NCBI GenBank assembly: GCA_965261715.1
Contig: OZ253471.1
Location: 560,763 to 624,762, forward strand
Source: Dehalococcoidia bacterium
GTDB lineage: Bacteria; Chloroflexota; Dehalococcoidia; Bin125
DNA length: 64,000 bases
Direction: 5' to 3'
Made by a program: the position numbers and the translations under genes. This document shows, in pieces, positions 45,957-55,846 of this stretch (position 1 is the stretch's first letter; the number at the start of each line of letters is the position of its first letter). The notes under the pieces were generated by a model. That model searched no databases. It was given only the letters and a program-made list of their open reading frames with translations, and was not told where the DNA came from.

Positions 45957-47666
45957 CTATGGAATCACCGGTTCGCCCGAGACGGCCTTGATGATGTCGA
46001 AATAGCTGATTACGACGATGAAGATCAGCAGCGCCGCGAAGCCCGCCATGTGGACCAGGCCCTCGCGCTCGGGGCTGATGCGCTTGCCGCGCCGGGCGAT
46101 CTCGATGAGCACGAACATGATCCGGCCGCCGTCGAGCATCGGTAGCGGCAGGATGTTGATGATTGCGAGGTTGAGCGAGATCAGGGCGGCCAACTCGATC
46201 AGGCGCGACCATCCAGCACGGTCGACGACCTCGCCGGTGACTCGGGCAATGCCGACCGGACCGGAGAGTTCGATCGGTTCACCACCGGCGATCCAGGAGC
46301 GGATGCGGTTGCGCACGAGGACGAACGTGTCGCGCGTTTGCGTCCATCCGGCGCTGACCGATTCTCCGAACGATGGACTGTCGCGGGCGGTGAGTCGCGA
46401 GGCGTTGGCGATGCTGATGCCGGTCGCTCCCTGGGGGACAGAGACTTTGAGACCCGGAGGCGGGAAGACCGGGTCGATGTCGAGCGCCGCATAGACGGCA
46501 GCCATGCGGACCGACTCTTCGATCGCGATGCTCAGCATCGTGTCGCCTTCCTCGGTGACGTACGTGACTCCACCGGGAAGGGCGAGCTCGATGCCCGCCC
46601 TGAGTTCCTCGGTCTCGATGCCCCAGGCGGCAATCACCGAGGAAGGTGGAACACCGAGGTTGTCGGAAATGTCGTGGACGGAGTCTCCCGGTTGGACGAC
46701 ATGAGTAAGCGGCTCGGGAGCGAGACGGGCGTGGACCGTGACGTCGAAGCGTTCTGACTCTCTCGACGCGCGGCTCGCCGTTAATGACGCGGCGGGTGGC
46801 CGTTCGATCGAGACCACCAGTTCTTCGCCCAGGTTCAACTGAATGGCTCGCGAGAGATCGCCGGCGTTCTGAATTGGATCGCCGTTGATCGCCACAATGC
46901 GGTCGCCGGCGCGAATGCCGGCCTGATGCGCCGGCGCTTGCTCGATGGTGCTGGTCACCAGCGCTGGACCGACCGAGACGTTGTCGGGAATCAGTGCGCC
47001 GACCGTGAACAGGATGATCGGCAAGACGGCATTGACGCCCGCGCCGGCGGCGAGGATGCCGATCCGCGTAAGACGCGACTTCGCTCCGAGCGATCGTGGA
47101 TCGATGCCAACGGTCAGTCCAAGGATTGAGGCTTCCCCATTGTCCTCAAGCAGAGACTTCCGATGCTCAGCCGTGGTTTTGTAGTTTTGTCGCGGCGGCG
47201 CATTCGTTTCATCGTCGCGCGGAGCCATGCTGAAGGTCCACGAGGTTTTGCGTCCGTCAGCCTCGTTGTGGTCGTACGAGATCTCCAGCTTGGGCTCACC
47301 GAAATTGCGGAGCACCTGTTCCAGGAACTGATCGGGGCTGACCACACGCTTGCCATTGATCTTGTGGATGCGGTCACCCGGGGCGAAGTGCTCGATCAGT
47401 CGGCTCTCGGGATCGACCTTGGTGATCAGCAGGCCTGATGCTTCCTCGCCGGTCAGCCGGACGAATCCGCCGATCGGCAACCAGTTCAAGGAGTAGACCG
47501 TCTCGCCAAATTGCCATCCCTTGCCAATCCGAGGCGGCAATCCGACACCAAACTCCTCGACGCGAACGCCGGCCAGTTTGGCGGCGACGAAGTGACCAAG
47601 CTCATGCAGGACCACGAGTCCAAGCAGTACGCCAATGAACGGGAGGACCGTGTTGATCAGGACCAT
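45957..47666 (-). CDS. rseP: RseP-like M50 site-2 zinc metalloprotease with PDZ domains
   Basis: 'VVLHELGHFVAAK' HExxH motif near the N-terminus, internal PDZ-like regions and C-terminal TM helices. Sits immediately downstream of dxr as in many bacteria. Confidence 0.85.
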   Translation of the reverse strand: MVLINTVLPFIGVLLGLVVLHELGHFVAAKLAGVRVEEFGVGLPPRIGKGWQFGETVYSLNWLPIGGFVRLTGEEASGLLITKVDPESRLIEHFAPGDRIHKINGKRVVSPDQFLEQVLRNFGEPKLEISYDHNEADGRKTSWTFSMAPRDDETNAPPRQNYKTTAEHRKSLLEDNGEASILGLTVGIDPRSLGAKSRLTRIGILAAGAGVNAVLPIILFTVGALIPDNVSVGPALVTSTIEQAPAHQAGIRAGDRIVAINGDPIQNAGDLSRAIQLNLGEELVVSIERPPAASLTASRASRESERFDVTVHARLAPEPLTHVVQPGDSVHDISDNLGVPPSSVIAAWGIETEELRAGIELALPGGVTYVTEEGDTMLSIAIEESVRMAAVYAALDIDPVFPPPGLKVSVPQGATGISIANASRLTARDSPSFGESVSAGWTQTRDTFVLVRNRIRSWIAGGEPIELSGPVGIARVTGEVVDRAGWSRLIELAALISLNLAIINILPLPMLDGGRIMFVLIEIARRGKRISPEREGLVHMAGFAALLIFIVVISYFDIIKAVSGEPVIP

Positions 47667-47837
47667 ACGCTCAGCGTACTAGTGGATGTCGTAGAGCGAT
47701 TGCTAGGGAAATCGAGGCTTGTATCGGAGTGAGAACGGGGACGGAGTATTTCGCCTATATCCTGTCGAGGCCTGACGGCGAACCTGTAGGGGCGTCCGTT
47801 GTGAAGGTGTCTCAGATGTCTCGCAACCCTCCGATTC

Positions 47838-47989
47838 CGTCATTCCCGCGCTCCGTCGCGGGAATCTCGCCGAGTGCTGCACCGGCGCACGAACCTCGGG
47901 AACCTCGCTCGCTTCCATCGCTCTGTCGGTTCCTGACTTTCGCGCCGAGCGCAGCGAGATACCCGCGGCGGAGCGCGGGTATGACGGAG
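47838..47989. mobile_element. MITE-like element, copy B (about 152 bp)
   Basis: 'CCGTCATTCCCGCGCTCCGTCGCGGGAATCTCGCCGAG...GCGAGATACCCGCGGCGGAGCGCGGGTATGACGGAG'. Both termini contain perfect 7-8 bp hairpins. The internal segment is inverted relative to copy A. Confidence 0.6.
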
Positions 47990-48030
47990 GTAGAGACTCT
48001 GCGACTGGAGTGAGCAGCCAGCCAGCACGG

Positions 48031-49203
48031 TCAAACGGCGGCGGCGATTCTTCCTGTGGTGAACCCGCGAGCCCAGGCGTCGGCGGCGTCGATGGCTTCG
48101 ATGTTGGGATTCTTTGTGCTGCGGTGTGCGTCCATGGTCTGGTTCACGTAGTCGGCGATTTCTGTGAACCCGATCCGACGCTCAAGGAAGGCCTCGACCG
48201 CGATCTCGTCGGCTGCCGCCATCGCGGCTGGGTAGGTTCCGCCGGCTCGGCCAGCCTGTTGCGCAAGCTTGAGGCACGGGTAGCGGTCAAGGTCCGGCCG
48301 CGAGAAGTTGAGCGTGCCCACAGAGGCGAGGTCAAGCGGCTCAACTGTTGGCTCCAGCCGTTGCGGATATGAGAGCGCGAGCTGGATCGGGAGCTTCATG
48401 TCAGGATAGCCAAGCTGCGCCTTGACCGAGCCGTCTCCGAATTCCACAAGCGAGTGAACGATTGATTCGGCGTGCTGCACGATCTCCACGCGCTCGTAAG
48501 GGACGTCAAAGAGCCACTTGGCCTCGATCGTCTCCATGCCTTTGTTCATTAGCGTGGCGCTGTCGATCGTGATCTTGTCGCCCATGTTCCAGGTGGGATG
48601 GTTGAGCGCCTGCTCGGGCGTGACATCGGCAAGTTGGTCGGCAGGCAGGTGACGCAGCGCGCCGCCGGACGCCGTCAGCAGGATGCGGCGGATCTCATGG
48701 CCGTCCTCGCCCCACAGGCACTGCCAGATGGCCGAGTGCTCGGAGTCGACCGGTCGCAGTTGGCCGCCGCCGCGATCAACAGCGTCGCGGACGAGCTGCC
48801 CGGCCATCACGACGACTTCCTTATTGGCCAGCGCGACCGCGCCGCCTCGTTCCAGTGACATCAGCGTTGGTTCCAGGCCTGCGCGTCCAGCAGTACCGAC
48901 GACCAGGACATCTCCGTCTGGATCTTCTGCCATGGCGTCCATCGGCGTGACGGTCGTCCCGCTGTCGGTGGCGATCTGTGACAGTCGCTGTTCGTCCTCA
49001 CTGGCCGCCCAGAGATATGTCGGGTGAAACTCGTGCGCCTGCGCTTCGAGCGCATCGAGGTTGCGTCCGGCGGCGAGTCCGAGGACGTTGAAGCGTCCAG
49101 GCATGGCGCGCACGACGTCCAGCGTCTGCCGGCCGATGCTGCCGGTCGAGCCAAGCAGTACGAGATTGATCGGAGCGTCGGTCACGATAGTTACGCCGTC
49201 CAT
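48031..49203 (-). CDS. dxr: 1-deoxy-D-xylulose 5-phosphate reductoisomerase
   Basis: 'LVLLGSTGSIGRQTLDVV' NADPH-binding N-terminus. Full-length Dxr pattern. Confidence 0.9.
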   Translation of the reverse strand: MDGVTIVTDAPINLVLLGSTGSIGRQTLDVVRAMPGRFNVLGLAAGRNLDALEAQAHEFHPTYLWAASEDEQRLSQIATDSGTTVTPMDAMAEDPDGDVLVVGTAGRAGLEPTLMSLERGGAVALANKEVVVMAGQLVRDAVDRGGGQLRPVDSEHSAIWQCLWGEDGHEIRRILLTASGGALRHLPADQLADVTPEQALNHPTWNMGDKITIDSATLMNKGMETIEAKWLFDVPYERVEIVQHAESIVHSLVEFGDGSVKAQLGYPDMKLPIQLALSYPQRLEPTVEPLDLASVGTLNFSRPDLDRYPCLKLAQQAGRAGGTYPAAMAAADEIAVEAFLERRIGFTEIADYVNQTMDAHRSTKNPNIEAIDAADAWARGFTTGRIAAAV

Positions 49204-50087
49204 TGCAAGAAGAAGAATACGACGGGCAGTCCGAAGAGGAGCGAGTCGAGCCGGTCGAGCACGCCGCCATGTCCGGGAATGAGATTGGAGGAGTCCTTGA
49301 CGTCCATCGCTCGCTTGAACAGCGATTCCGCCAGGTCGCCAATCTGTGAAGCGATCGGCAGCACAATGGCGAGCAACACGAGCGGCCAGATTTCAGCATC
49401 GAGGTTGAGGATCTGGTCTAACGCGATCGTCGCCCCGAACCCGCCCAGCCAACCAAAGATCGCGCCTTCGACGGTCTTGTTTGGAGAGACCGAGGGCGCA
49501 AGTTGGTGTCGACCAAGCAGGCGACCGCCGGCATAGGCAGAAGCGTCGGTGGACATGATGGCCAGCACGGCCAGGAGCATCCAGTCGGTTCCTTGCTCTG
49601 AACCGCGAACGGCGATGAACGTCGCGCCGGGGATGGCGAGGTACGCGGTCGCCGCAAGCATCGCGAGTCCACGATTGAGGATTGGCTGGAGCTGGTCAGG
49701 GCGCGGTTGTTCAACCGTGCGGACGGCGGCGGTTGTCGTGACCGCGGCGATACCGATGATCCCGGCGAGGATCGGCCAGAGCAGTGGGATGTTGGCGTCG
49801 GCCGTGGCGACCCCGATGATCGCGCCAGTCGCCGCGACGGCAACGAGGAACAGCGCGCTGCGAATCTTGAGTTTTACGATGACCGCGATCTCGCCCAGCG
49901 CAACGACCAGACTCAACGCCATCAACGCTGAAAACAGCGGTCCACCGATCAAGATGGCAGCGATGATAATCGGCATTCCGACCGCCGCGCTGGCCAACCG
50001 TAGACCGAGGCTGCTGCCGAACAGGCGGTCACGCATCGCGGTCGCCTTCGTCGTCAACCTCGTCGTCCGCCGAACGTCGCTGGCCAA
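49191..50087 (-). CDS. cdsA: Phosphatidate cytidylyltransferase
   Basis: 298-aa polytopic membrane protein with C-terminal 'GHGGVLDRLDS' CTP-transferase signature. Confidence 0.8.
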   Translation of the reverse strand: MASDVRRTTRLTTKATAMRDRLFGSSLGLRLASAAVGMPIIIAAILIGGPLFSALMALSLVVALGEIAVIVKLKIRSALFLVAVAATGAIIGVATADANIPLLWPILAGIIGIAAVTTTAAVRTVEQPRPDQLQPILNRGLAMLAATAYLAIPGATFIAVRGSEQGTDWMLLAVLAIMSTDASAYAGGRLLGRHQLAPSVSPNKTVEGAIFGWLGGFGATIALDQILNLDAEIWPLVLLAIVLPIASQIGDLAESLFKRAMDVKDSSNLIPGHGGVLDRLDSLLFGLPVVFFFLQWTA

Positions 50088-50173
50088 GAATGACCCCGAT
50101 CACCGTAAAGACGAGCGCGTAGCAACCGCCCGGGCCGGGCGCCATGATTTCTTGTCGTCTTGCGTGAGGTGGG

Positions 50174-50974
50174 TTAATCGCCATTGGCGGGTCGTCCGCC
50201 GAAGTTTCTGGTCCGATTCGCGTACTCGGCCAGGGCATGATCCACGTCTTGCTCGCGGAAATCGGGCCAGAAGGTGTCGGAGAAGACGTACTCCGCATAG
50301 GCGGCCTGCCAGAGCAGGAAGTTGGAGATGCGTTGATCCCCGCCGGTGCGGATGATCAGGTCGGGGTCGGGCAGCTCGCAGGTGTAGAGGTAGTCGGAGA
50401 GGGTGCGTTCACTGATGTCTTCCGGCCGGACGCCATCTGCGACGATGCGGCGCACTGCATCGACGAGCTCCGCGCGGGCGCCGTAGTTGAAGGCGACACA
50501 GACGGTCATCCGGTTGTTGTGTTGCGTCAGCTGGATCGCTTCGTCGATCTTGCGGCGGAGGCGAGCGTCGAGTGCATCGATTCGGCCGATGTATTGCAGC
50601 TTGACGCCGGCCTCGTGCAGCGGCTTGACCTCGCGGTCGATGGTCGAGGAGAGGATGCGCATCAGTCCCCGTACCTCGGGCCGCGGGCGCTTCCAGTTCT
50701 CGGTGGAGAAGGCGAACAGCGTGAGACAGCGGACGCCGCGTTCGGCGAAGGACTCGATGGCGGCGCGAATGTTCTCAGTTCCGGCGCGGTGCCCGTCGGT
50801 TGGGCGCAGCCCGCGCTGAGCTGCCCAGCGACCATTGCCGTCCATAATGACGGCGACGTGCTCGGGGATGTGAGCCTCAGCCAAGCTCTCCGCGGCGTGG
50901 ACGCCATTGGTGGAGGGTGTGATGACGGCGTGACTGGTTGGCAGAGTGATGGTAGAACCGGATCGATTTGACAC
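50174..50974 (-). CDS. uppS: Isoprenyl transferase (undecaprenyl-diphosphate synthase)
   Basis: 'HVAVIMDGNGRWA' and 'LTLFAFSTENWKRP' cis-prenyltransferase signatures. Confidence 0.9.
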   Translation of the reverse strand: MSNRSGSTITLPTSHAVITPSTNGVHAAESLAEAHIPEHVAVIMDGNGRWAAQRGLRPTDGHRAGTENIRAAIESFAERGVRCLTLFAFSTENWKRPRPEVRGLMRILSSTIDREVKPLHEAGVKLQYIGRIDALDARLRRKIDEAIQLTQHNNRMTVCVAFNYGARAELVDAVRRIVADGVRPEDISERTLSDYLYTCELPDPDLIIRTGGDQRISNFLLWQAAYAEYVFSDTFWPDFREQDVDHALAEYANRTRNFGGRPANGD

Positions 50975-50977
50975 GTA

Positions 50978-51550
50978 CTAAACCTCGAGGAGCTCTTGCT
51001 CCTTCTGACTGCCCACAGCATCAACTTTAGCGATGAACTGGCTGGTCAGAGTGTCGAGTTGGGTTTCTGCTCGGTGTTCCTCGTCCTGGGACAGGTCGCC
51101 ATCTCGCTGCATATGGCGGAGGTCGTCGTGGATGTGGCGTCGCACATTGCGGATAGCAACGCGCGACGCTTCAGACTTCTGGTGCACCACCTTGACCAGG
51201 TCACGTCTTCGCTCCTCGGTCAGCTCGGGCAACGCGAGCCGAATCAGGATGCCGTCGGACTGTGGATTGATTCCGATGTCGGAGGTCTGGATGGCTTTGG
51301 TGATCGGGTCGAAGGCGTTCTTGTCCCACGGCTGAATCGCAATCAGGCGGGCCTCCGGGGTGGAGATTGTCGCCAGTTGATTCAGTGCCATGGTGGTTCC
51401 GTAATAGTTGATTCGCATCTGGTCGACGAGCGAGGTGTGGGCCCGACCGGTGCGCACAGCCATCAGGTCCTGTTGCAGTGCGCTCAGCGCGCCGGTCATG
51501 CGGGAGTTCGCGTCGTCGAACGCCAGGTCAAGGAGCTCGTTGTCGGACAT
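50978..51550 (-). CDS. frr: Ribosome recycling factor
   Basis: 190 aa with the full RRF pattern ('...VRTGRAHTSLVD...IRNVRRH...'). Confidence 0.9.
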   Translation of the reverse strand: MSDNELLDLAFDDANSRMTGALSALQQDLMAVRTGRAHTSLVDQMRINYYGTTMALNQLATISTPEARLIAIQPWDKNAFDPITKAIQTSDIGINPQSDGILIRLALPELTEERRRDLVKVVHQKSEASRVAIRNVRRHIHDDLRHMQRDGDLSQDEEHRAETQLDTLTSQFIAKVDAVGSQKEQELLEV

Positions 51551-51582
51551 GTCGCGCTCCTGTGGATGGTTCGGCGGGATGG

Positions 51583-52341
51583 TCAGCCGGCCAAGACGGT
51601 GGCTCCATGATCGACGCGCGTACCGGCCAGTTTAAGGTCGGGGCCGTCGATCACCGTGCTCACGATAGCGTTAGGCGCTTCGATGTTGAACACGACGATG
51701 GGCAGCGAATGTTCTTCGCAGAGTGCCAGCGCCGAGGCGTCCATCAAGACCCCAAGATTCTGCTGCAACGCCTCCCGATAGTTGAGTCGTGCGTAACGCT
51801 TGGCGTCGGGATACAGGGCCGGATCGGCGGTATAGACGCCGTCGGTGCCGTGCTTGCCCATCAGCAGTTGGTCGGCGTCGAGTTCAATGCCACGCAGCGC
51901 CGCGGCAGTGTCGGTGGTGACATAGGGATTGCCGGTTCCACCGACGCAGAGCACGATGCGCCCCTTTTCCAGGTGACGAATCGCGCGGCGGCGAATGAAG
52001 ATCTCCGCCACCTGGCGGACTTGTAGCGCCGACATCGTCCGCACTTCGCAGCCGGTCGCTTCGATCGCGTCCTGAAGCGCGAGCCCGTTGATGATGGTGG
52101 CAAGCATGCCGGCGTAGTGCGCGGTCGCCTCAGTCATGCCCAGCTCGCTGGCCAGCCGGCCGCGGAAGAGATTGCCGCCACCGACCACGACGCCGATTTC
52201 GACGCCGCGATTGCGGCATTCGACAATCTGCCGGGCGACCTCGTTGAGTGCATCCGAATCGATTCCGGAGTCGCGCTGTCCCTGTAGCGATTCACCGGAG
52301 ACCTTGAGGACGACTCTCGGCGTTTGCCGTTGGTCGGTCAC
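51583..52341 (-). CDS. pyrH: UMP kinase
   Basis: GTG at 52341 gives 'VTDQRQTPRVVLKVSGESL...GVVVGGGNLFRG'. The ORF track's 100-codon 5' extension is Arg-rich and rejected. Confidence 0.9.
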   Translation of the reverse strand: MTDQRQTPRVVLKVSGESLQGQRDSGIDSDALNEVARQIVECRNRGVEIGVVVGGGNLFRGRLASELGMTEATAHYAGMLATIINGLALQDAIEATGCEVRTMSALQVRQVAEIFIRRRAIRHLEKGRIVLCVGGTGNPYVTTDTAAALRGIELDADQLLMGKHGTDGVYTADPALYPDAKRYARLNYREALQQNLGVLMDASALALCEEHSLPIVVFNIEAPNAIVSTVIDGPDLKLAGTRVDHGATVLAG

Positions 52342-52391
52342 TGCGCGCCCCGATTCGCTGAGTCCAACAGATACGGGTCGAAGATGATCTG

Positions 52392-52886
52392 CTACTCGCC
52401 CATCTCGTAACGGGTGAAGCGGGCCACTTCGATTCTCTCGCCGATCGAGGCGATCACATCGTTGATTCGGTCGGCGATGGTCTGCGAGCCGTCGCGGATG
52501 AACTCCTGGTCGAGCAGCGCGACGGCGTCTTCGCTCGCGTCCGTCGGCATGTCGTCGGTGCTGACGGCGGTTGGGTTCATCGAGGCGATCTGCATGGCAA
52601 TGTCGTGAGCGAGATCCTTGAACGGCTCGGTCTTGGCGACGAAGTCGGTCTCGCAACGCAGGTCGACCAGGACGCCGATGCGTCCACCGTGGATGTAGCT
52701 ATGGATCAGCCCCTGGCTGGTGGCCCGGTCGGCTCGCTTGTTGGCAGTGGCGATGCCCTTTTCGCGCAGCACGAGACGGGCGCGTTCGATGTCGCCGTTC
52801 GTCTCGGTCAGGGCCTGGCGACAGTCCATGACGCCGGCGCCGGTTTCGGCACGAAGTTCCTTGATTTGATCAATCGTTACGGGCAC
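52392..52886 (-). CDS. tsf: Elongation factor Ts (short form)
   Basis: 'ITIDQIKELRAETGAGVMDCRQAL' UBA-like N-terminus and 'DFVAKTEPF' core motif. Confidence 0.8.
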   Translation of the reverse strand: MPVTIDQIKELRAETGAGVMDCRQALTETNGDIERARLVLREKGIATANKRADRATSQGLIHSYIHGGRIGVLVDLRCETDFVAKTEPFKDLAHDIAMQIASMNPTAVSTDDMPTDASEDAVALLDQEFIRDGSQTIADRINDVIASIGERIEVARFTRYEMGE

Positions 52887-52981
52887 GTTGCTGGCTCCTC
52901 AGGTAGTTGGTTGGGCTTGGAGTTGGATTGCCACTGGACATGCAAGTGGGCATGCAAGTGGCGTGATGTGTGTCTTGTGAC

Positions 52982-53737
52982 TCAGTTCGCGGCAACAGGC
53001 TCCGCGGACGACATCTCTTCGTAGGCTTCTTCACCCTCAACTGCGCTCTGTAGCATCATGCCGCCGGACTGCGCCGCTTCGGCAATCTGCGAGGTCAGCA
53101 GCCGGACGGCGCGAATCGCGTCATCGTTAGACGGGATCGGGTAGTCGACGAGGTTGGGGTCCGAGTTGGTGTCACAGACGGCGATGATTGGAATCTTCAG
53201 CCGGCGAGCCTCGGCGATTGCGATGTGTTCTCGCGGGACATCCACGACGAAGAGTGCGCCTGGCAAGGTGGTCATATCGCGCAGACCGCGCAGGTAGCGG
53301 TGCAGACGCGTGAGCTTGTCGCGCAGTTTCAGCGCTTCCTTCTTGGGCAGGAGGTCGAGTTGACCGGCCTCTTCGCGCCGTTCGAGCTCGATCATGTAGT
53401 CAACGCGCTTGCGAATCGTCTGGAAATTGGTCAGCGTGCCGCCGAGCCAGCGCGTGACCACGTACGGCATGTTGGCGCGATCGGCCTCGTTGCGGATCAC
53501 ATCCTGAGCCTGTCGCTTGGTGCCGACGAACAGAACCTGTTGTCCCGACGCGGAGAGTTCGCGCGCGAACTCGGTGGCGTCGTCAAGCCGGGTCACGGTC
53601 TGGGCGAGGTCGAGGATGTGTACGCCGTTGCGCGCGCCGTAGATGTACGGCGCCATTTTTGGATTCCAGCGTCCGGTCTGGTGACCGAAGTGGACTCCGG
53701 CTTCCAGCAGGTCGCGCATTGAGATCGATGTCGTCAT
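52982..53737 (-). CDS. rpsB: 30S ribosomal protein S2
   Basis: 'SMRDLLEAGVHFGHQTGRWNPKM' N-terminus, with start placed at ATG 53737. rpsB-tsf-pyrH-frr synteny. Confidence 0.9.
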   Translation of the reverse strand: MTTSISMRDLLEAGVHFGHQTGRWNPKMAPYIYGARNGVHILDLAQTVTRLDDATEFARELSASGQQVLFVGTKRQAQDVIRNEADRANMPYVVTRWLGGTLTNFQTIRKRVDYMIELERREEAGQLDLLPKKEALKLRDKLTRLHRYLRGLRDMTTLPGALFVVDVPREHIAIAEARRLKIPIIAVCDTNSDPNLVDYPIPSNDDAIRAVRLLTSQIAEAAQSGGMMLQSAVEGEEAYEEMSSAEPVAAN

Positions 53738-53904
53738 CCGGCTCCTCAGATGGTTCAGTCGTAGAGTCACGTCGAACTGGTCCCGCAGGCGGGCATTCGC
53801 ATCAAGTATAGGGGTGTGGTCGCAATACGCGCACCGAATCCGGCTTCGTGATAACTTGCAGGTGTTGTCTGATATCGCATGGTGTTTTTGCGCGGAGGAA
53901 GTAC

Positions 53905-54222
53905 GTGCCCCGCTACGTCTACGAGTGTTTTGAATGTGGCCACACGGTTGAAAAGTTGGAGGGATGGAATGCGCCCGCGCAGCAACCCTGCACGGAGTGC
54001 GAGCACACCCTCCAGCGAATCCCGGTCGCCCCAGCGATCGTCTTCAAGGGTTCCGGCTGGTACTCGACCGATAGCAGGAAGAGCAACTGGAAGTCGCGAC
54101 GCGACGAAGATCGCGGCGAAGACGGCGGCTCTGAGTCGGACGGCAGGTCCGAGTCGGATGGCGACTCTTCGAGCGAATCCGACTCCGGCGAGCGAGAAGC
54201 ATCGGCCGCTGCGGCGGACTAG
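53905..54222 (+). CDS. FmdB-family zinc-ribbon protein
   Basis: GTG 53905 (GGAGGA at -12) gives 'MPRYVYECFECGHTVEK...QPCTECEHTLQR', a CxxC...CxxC zinc ribbon with a D/S/E-rich tail. Confidence 0.7.
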   Translation: MPRYVYECFECGHTVEKLEGWNAPAQQPCTECEHTLQRIPVAPAIVFKGSGWYSTDSRKSNWKSRRDEDRGEDGGSESDGRSESDGDSSSESDSGEREASAAAAD

Positions 54223-54273
54223 CCTCCTCAATCCCAGCATTTCTTCACGAAGCAGCTCTTCAGGGCCCCGTCC

Positions 54274-54738
54274 ATGAGGATCGTGTTGCAGCGCGTGACA
54301 CAGGCGTCAGTGTCCGTCGACGGCGAAATCGTCGGCGCCATTGATCGCGGTCTGTTGATTCTGGTCGGGGTCGCCGAGGGCGACGAAGGGGCGCAAGCCG
54401 AAGCGCTGGCCCGGAAGGTGGCGGGCCTGCGGATCTTCGCGGACGGAGAGGGTCGCTTCAACGAGAGCCTCCTGGACATCCGTGGTTCGGCACTGGTCGT
54501 CAGCCAGTTCACACTCCACGCGGACGTGCGCAAAGGCCGGCGTCCGAGCTTCACCGGGGCGGCGCGACCAGAAGCTGCGGAGCCGCTGGTTGATTACTTC
54601 GCGGGGTCGCTGCGAGAGCAGGGAGTCCCGGTCGAGACTGGCGTGTTTGGCGCGATGATGTCGGTGGCGCTCGTCAACGACGGACCGTTCACCGTCGTGA
54701 TTGATTCGGCTGATCTTGAGCGACCGCGTCGCAGCTAA
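54274..54738 (+). CDS. dtd: D-aminoacyl-tRNA deacylase
   Basis: '[17 protein letters not shown]...LLILVGV...SQFTLHAD...GPFT' is the Dtd signature (SQFTL, NDGPFT). Confidence 0.9.
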   Translation: MRIVLQRVTQASVSVDGEIVGAIDRGLLILVGVAEGDEGAQAEALARKVAGLRIFADGEGRFNESLLDIRGSALVVSQFTLHADVRKGRRPSFTGAARPEAAEPLVDYFAGSLREQGVPVETGVFGAMMSVALVNDGPFTVVIDSADLERPRRS

Positions 54739-54746
54739 CTCGATTC

Positions 54747-54899
54747 CCGTCATTCCCGCGCTCCGCCGCGGGAATCTCGCCGAGTTCTGCACTCCACGTC
54801 CATCAGGCGCCCAACCTTCCAGCCACAATCATCCAGCCGCCAAGCGGCATCCGAGTTGCTTGCAGCGAGATACCCGCGGCAAGCGCGGGTATGACGGAG
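54747..54899. mobile_element. MITE-like element, copy C (about 153 bp)
   Basis: 'CCGTCATTCCCGCGCTCCGCCGCGGGAATCTCGCCGAG...GCGAGATACCCGCGGCAAGCGCGGGTATGACGGAG' lying between the dtd stop and the nadC stop. Confidence 0.6.
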
Positions 54900-54934
54900 T
54901 GGAGACGGATATGAGGGAGCCTTATGAACAGCCC

Positions 54935-55846
54935 CTAGTCCGGTGCGATCTCGAGGGCGATGTCCAATGCGATATCGAGCGACGGAGCTGAGTGCGTGAG
55001 TGCGCCCAGAGAGATGTAGTCGACTCCGGCGCGGGCGATGGCGGGAATTTGCTCGATCGTGATGCCGCCGCTGGCCTCGGTCTTGGCGTTGTAGACGCGG
55101 GCGACTTCTACGGCCGGTGGCAGGTCGTCGATCGCGAAGTTGTCGAGCAGCAACGAGCTTGCTCCGGCGTCTAGAGCCTCACGCGCCTCGTCGAGATTGA
55201 CGACTTCGACTTCAACGCCGGTGGCGGGACCGACGTTGGCGATGGCTGCCGCGACGGCGTCGGCGAGAGTGCCGCCGGACTGCCGGACCGCGGCGATGTG
55301 GTTGTCCTTGATTAGCACGCCGGACGCCAGTGAGTCGCGATGATTGAGTCCGCCACCGCAACGTACGGCGTATCGCTCGGCGGGACGGAGGCCGGGCGTG
55401 GTCTTTCGAGTGTCGAGAATCTTGGTCCGTGAACCGGCGGCGGCGACTGCCTGAGCAGTAAGCGTCGCTGTCCCGCTCAGGCGCTGTAGCCAGTTGAGCG
55501 CGGTGCGCTCCGCTCGCAGCAGAGGATCCAGTTGACCGCCGACAATGGCGATCTGCTGACCGGCCGAAATTCGGTCGCCATCGCTCACTTCAGGCAGGAA
55601 GCGCACGTCTGGATCGAGCGCGGCGAATGCTGCCAGAGCGAAATCGAGCCCGCAGACCACACCGTCGGCGCGCGCCGTGAGGTGGGCATTGCCCTGTCGC
55701 CAGTCGATCCATCTGCTGAGCGAACTGGTCGTGACGTCGAAATCGGCCCGATCCTCGGCGAGGGTCGCGTCGACCAGGCGTTGGACGATGGTGAGATCTA
55801 AAGCGGTCATTCGTGGGCCAACTGCCAATAGCTGTGTTGTTGCCAA
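54935..55846 (-). CDS. nadC: Nicotinate-nucleotide pyrophosphorylase (carboxylating)
   Basis: 'GVLIKDNHIAA' and the QPRTase pattern. Overlaps nadB upstream. Confidence 0.9.
   Translation of the reverse strand: MATTQLLAVGPRMTALDLTIVQRLVDATLAEDRADFDVTTSSLSRWIDWRQGNAHLTARADGVVCGLDFALAAFAALDPDVRFLPEVSDGDRISAGQQIAIVGGQLDPLLRAERTALNWLQRLSGTATLTAQAVAAAGSRTKILDTRKTTPGLRPAERYAVRCGGGLNHRDSLASGVLIKDNHIAAVRQSGGTLADAVAAAIANVGPATGVEVEVVNLDEAREALDAGASSLLLDNFAIDDLPPAVEVARVYNAKTEASGGITIEQIPAIARAGVDYISLGALTHSAPSLDIALDIALEIAPD

Noticed and set aside
51583-52656. 357-aa ORF-track call for pyrH, and likewise the 251-aa call for the ABM gene at 19190-19945.
   Set aside because: The N-terminal 100-130 codons are Arg-rich and without motifs, and an in-frame GTG/ATG with a Shine-Dalgarno gives the canonical protein length. 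The starts were moved to 52341 and 19549.
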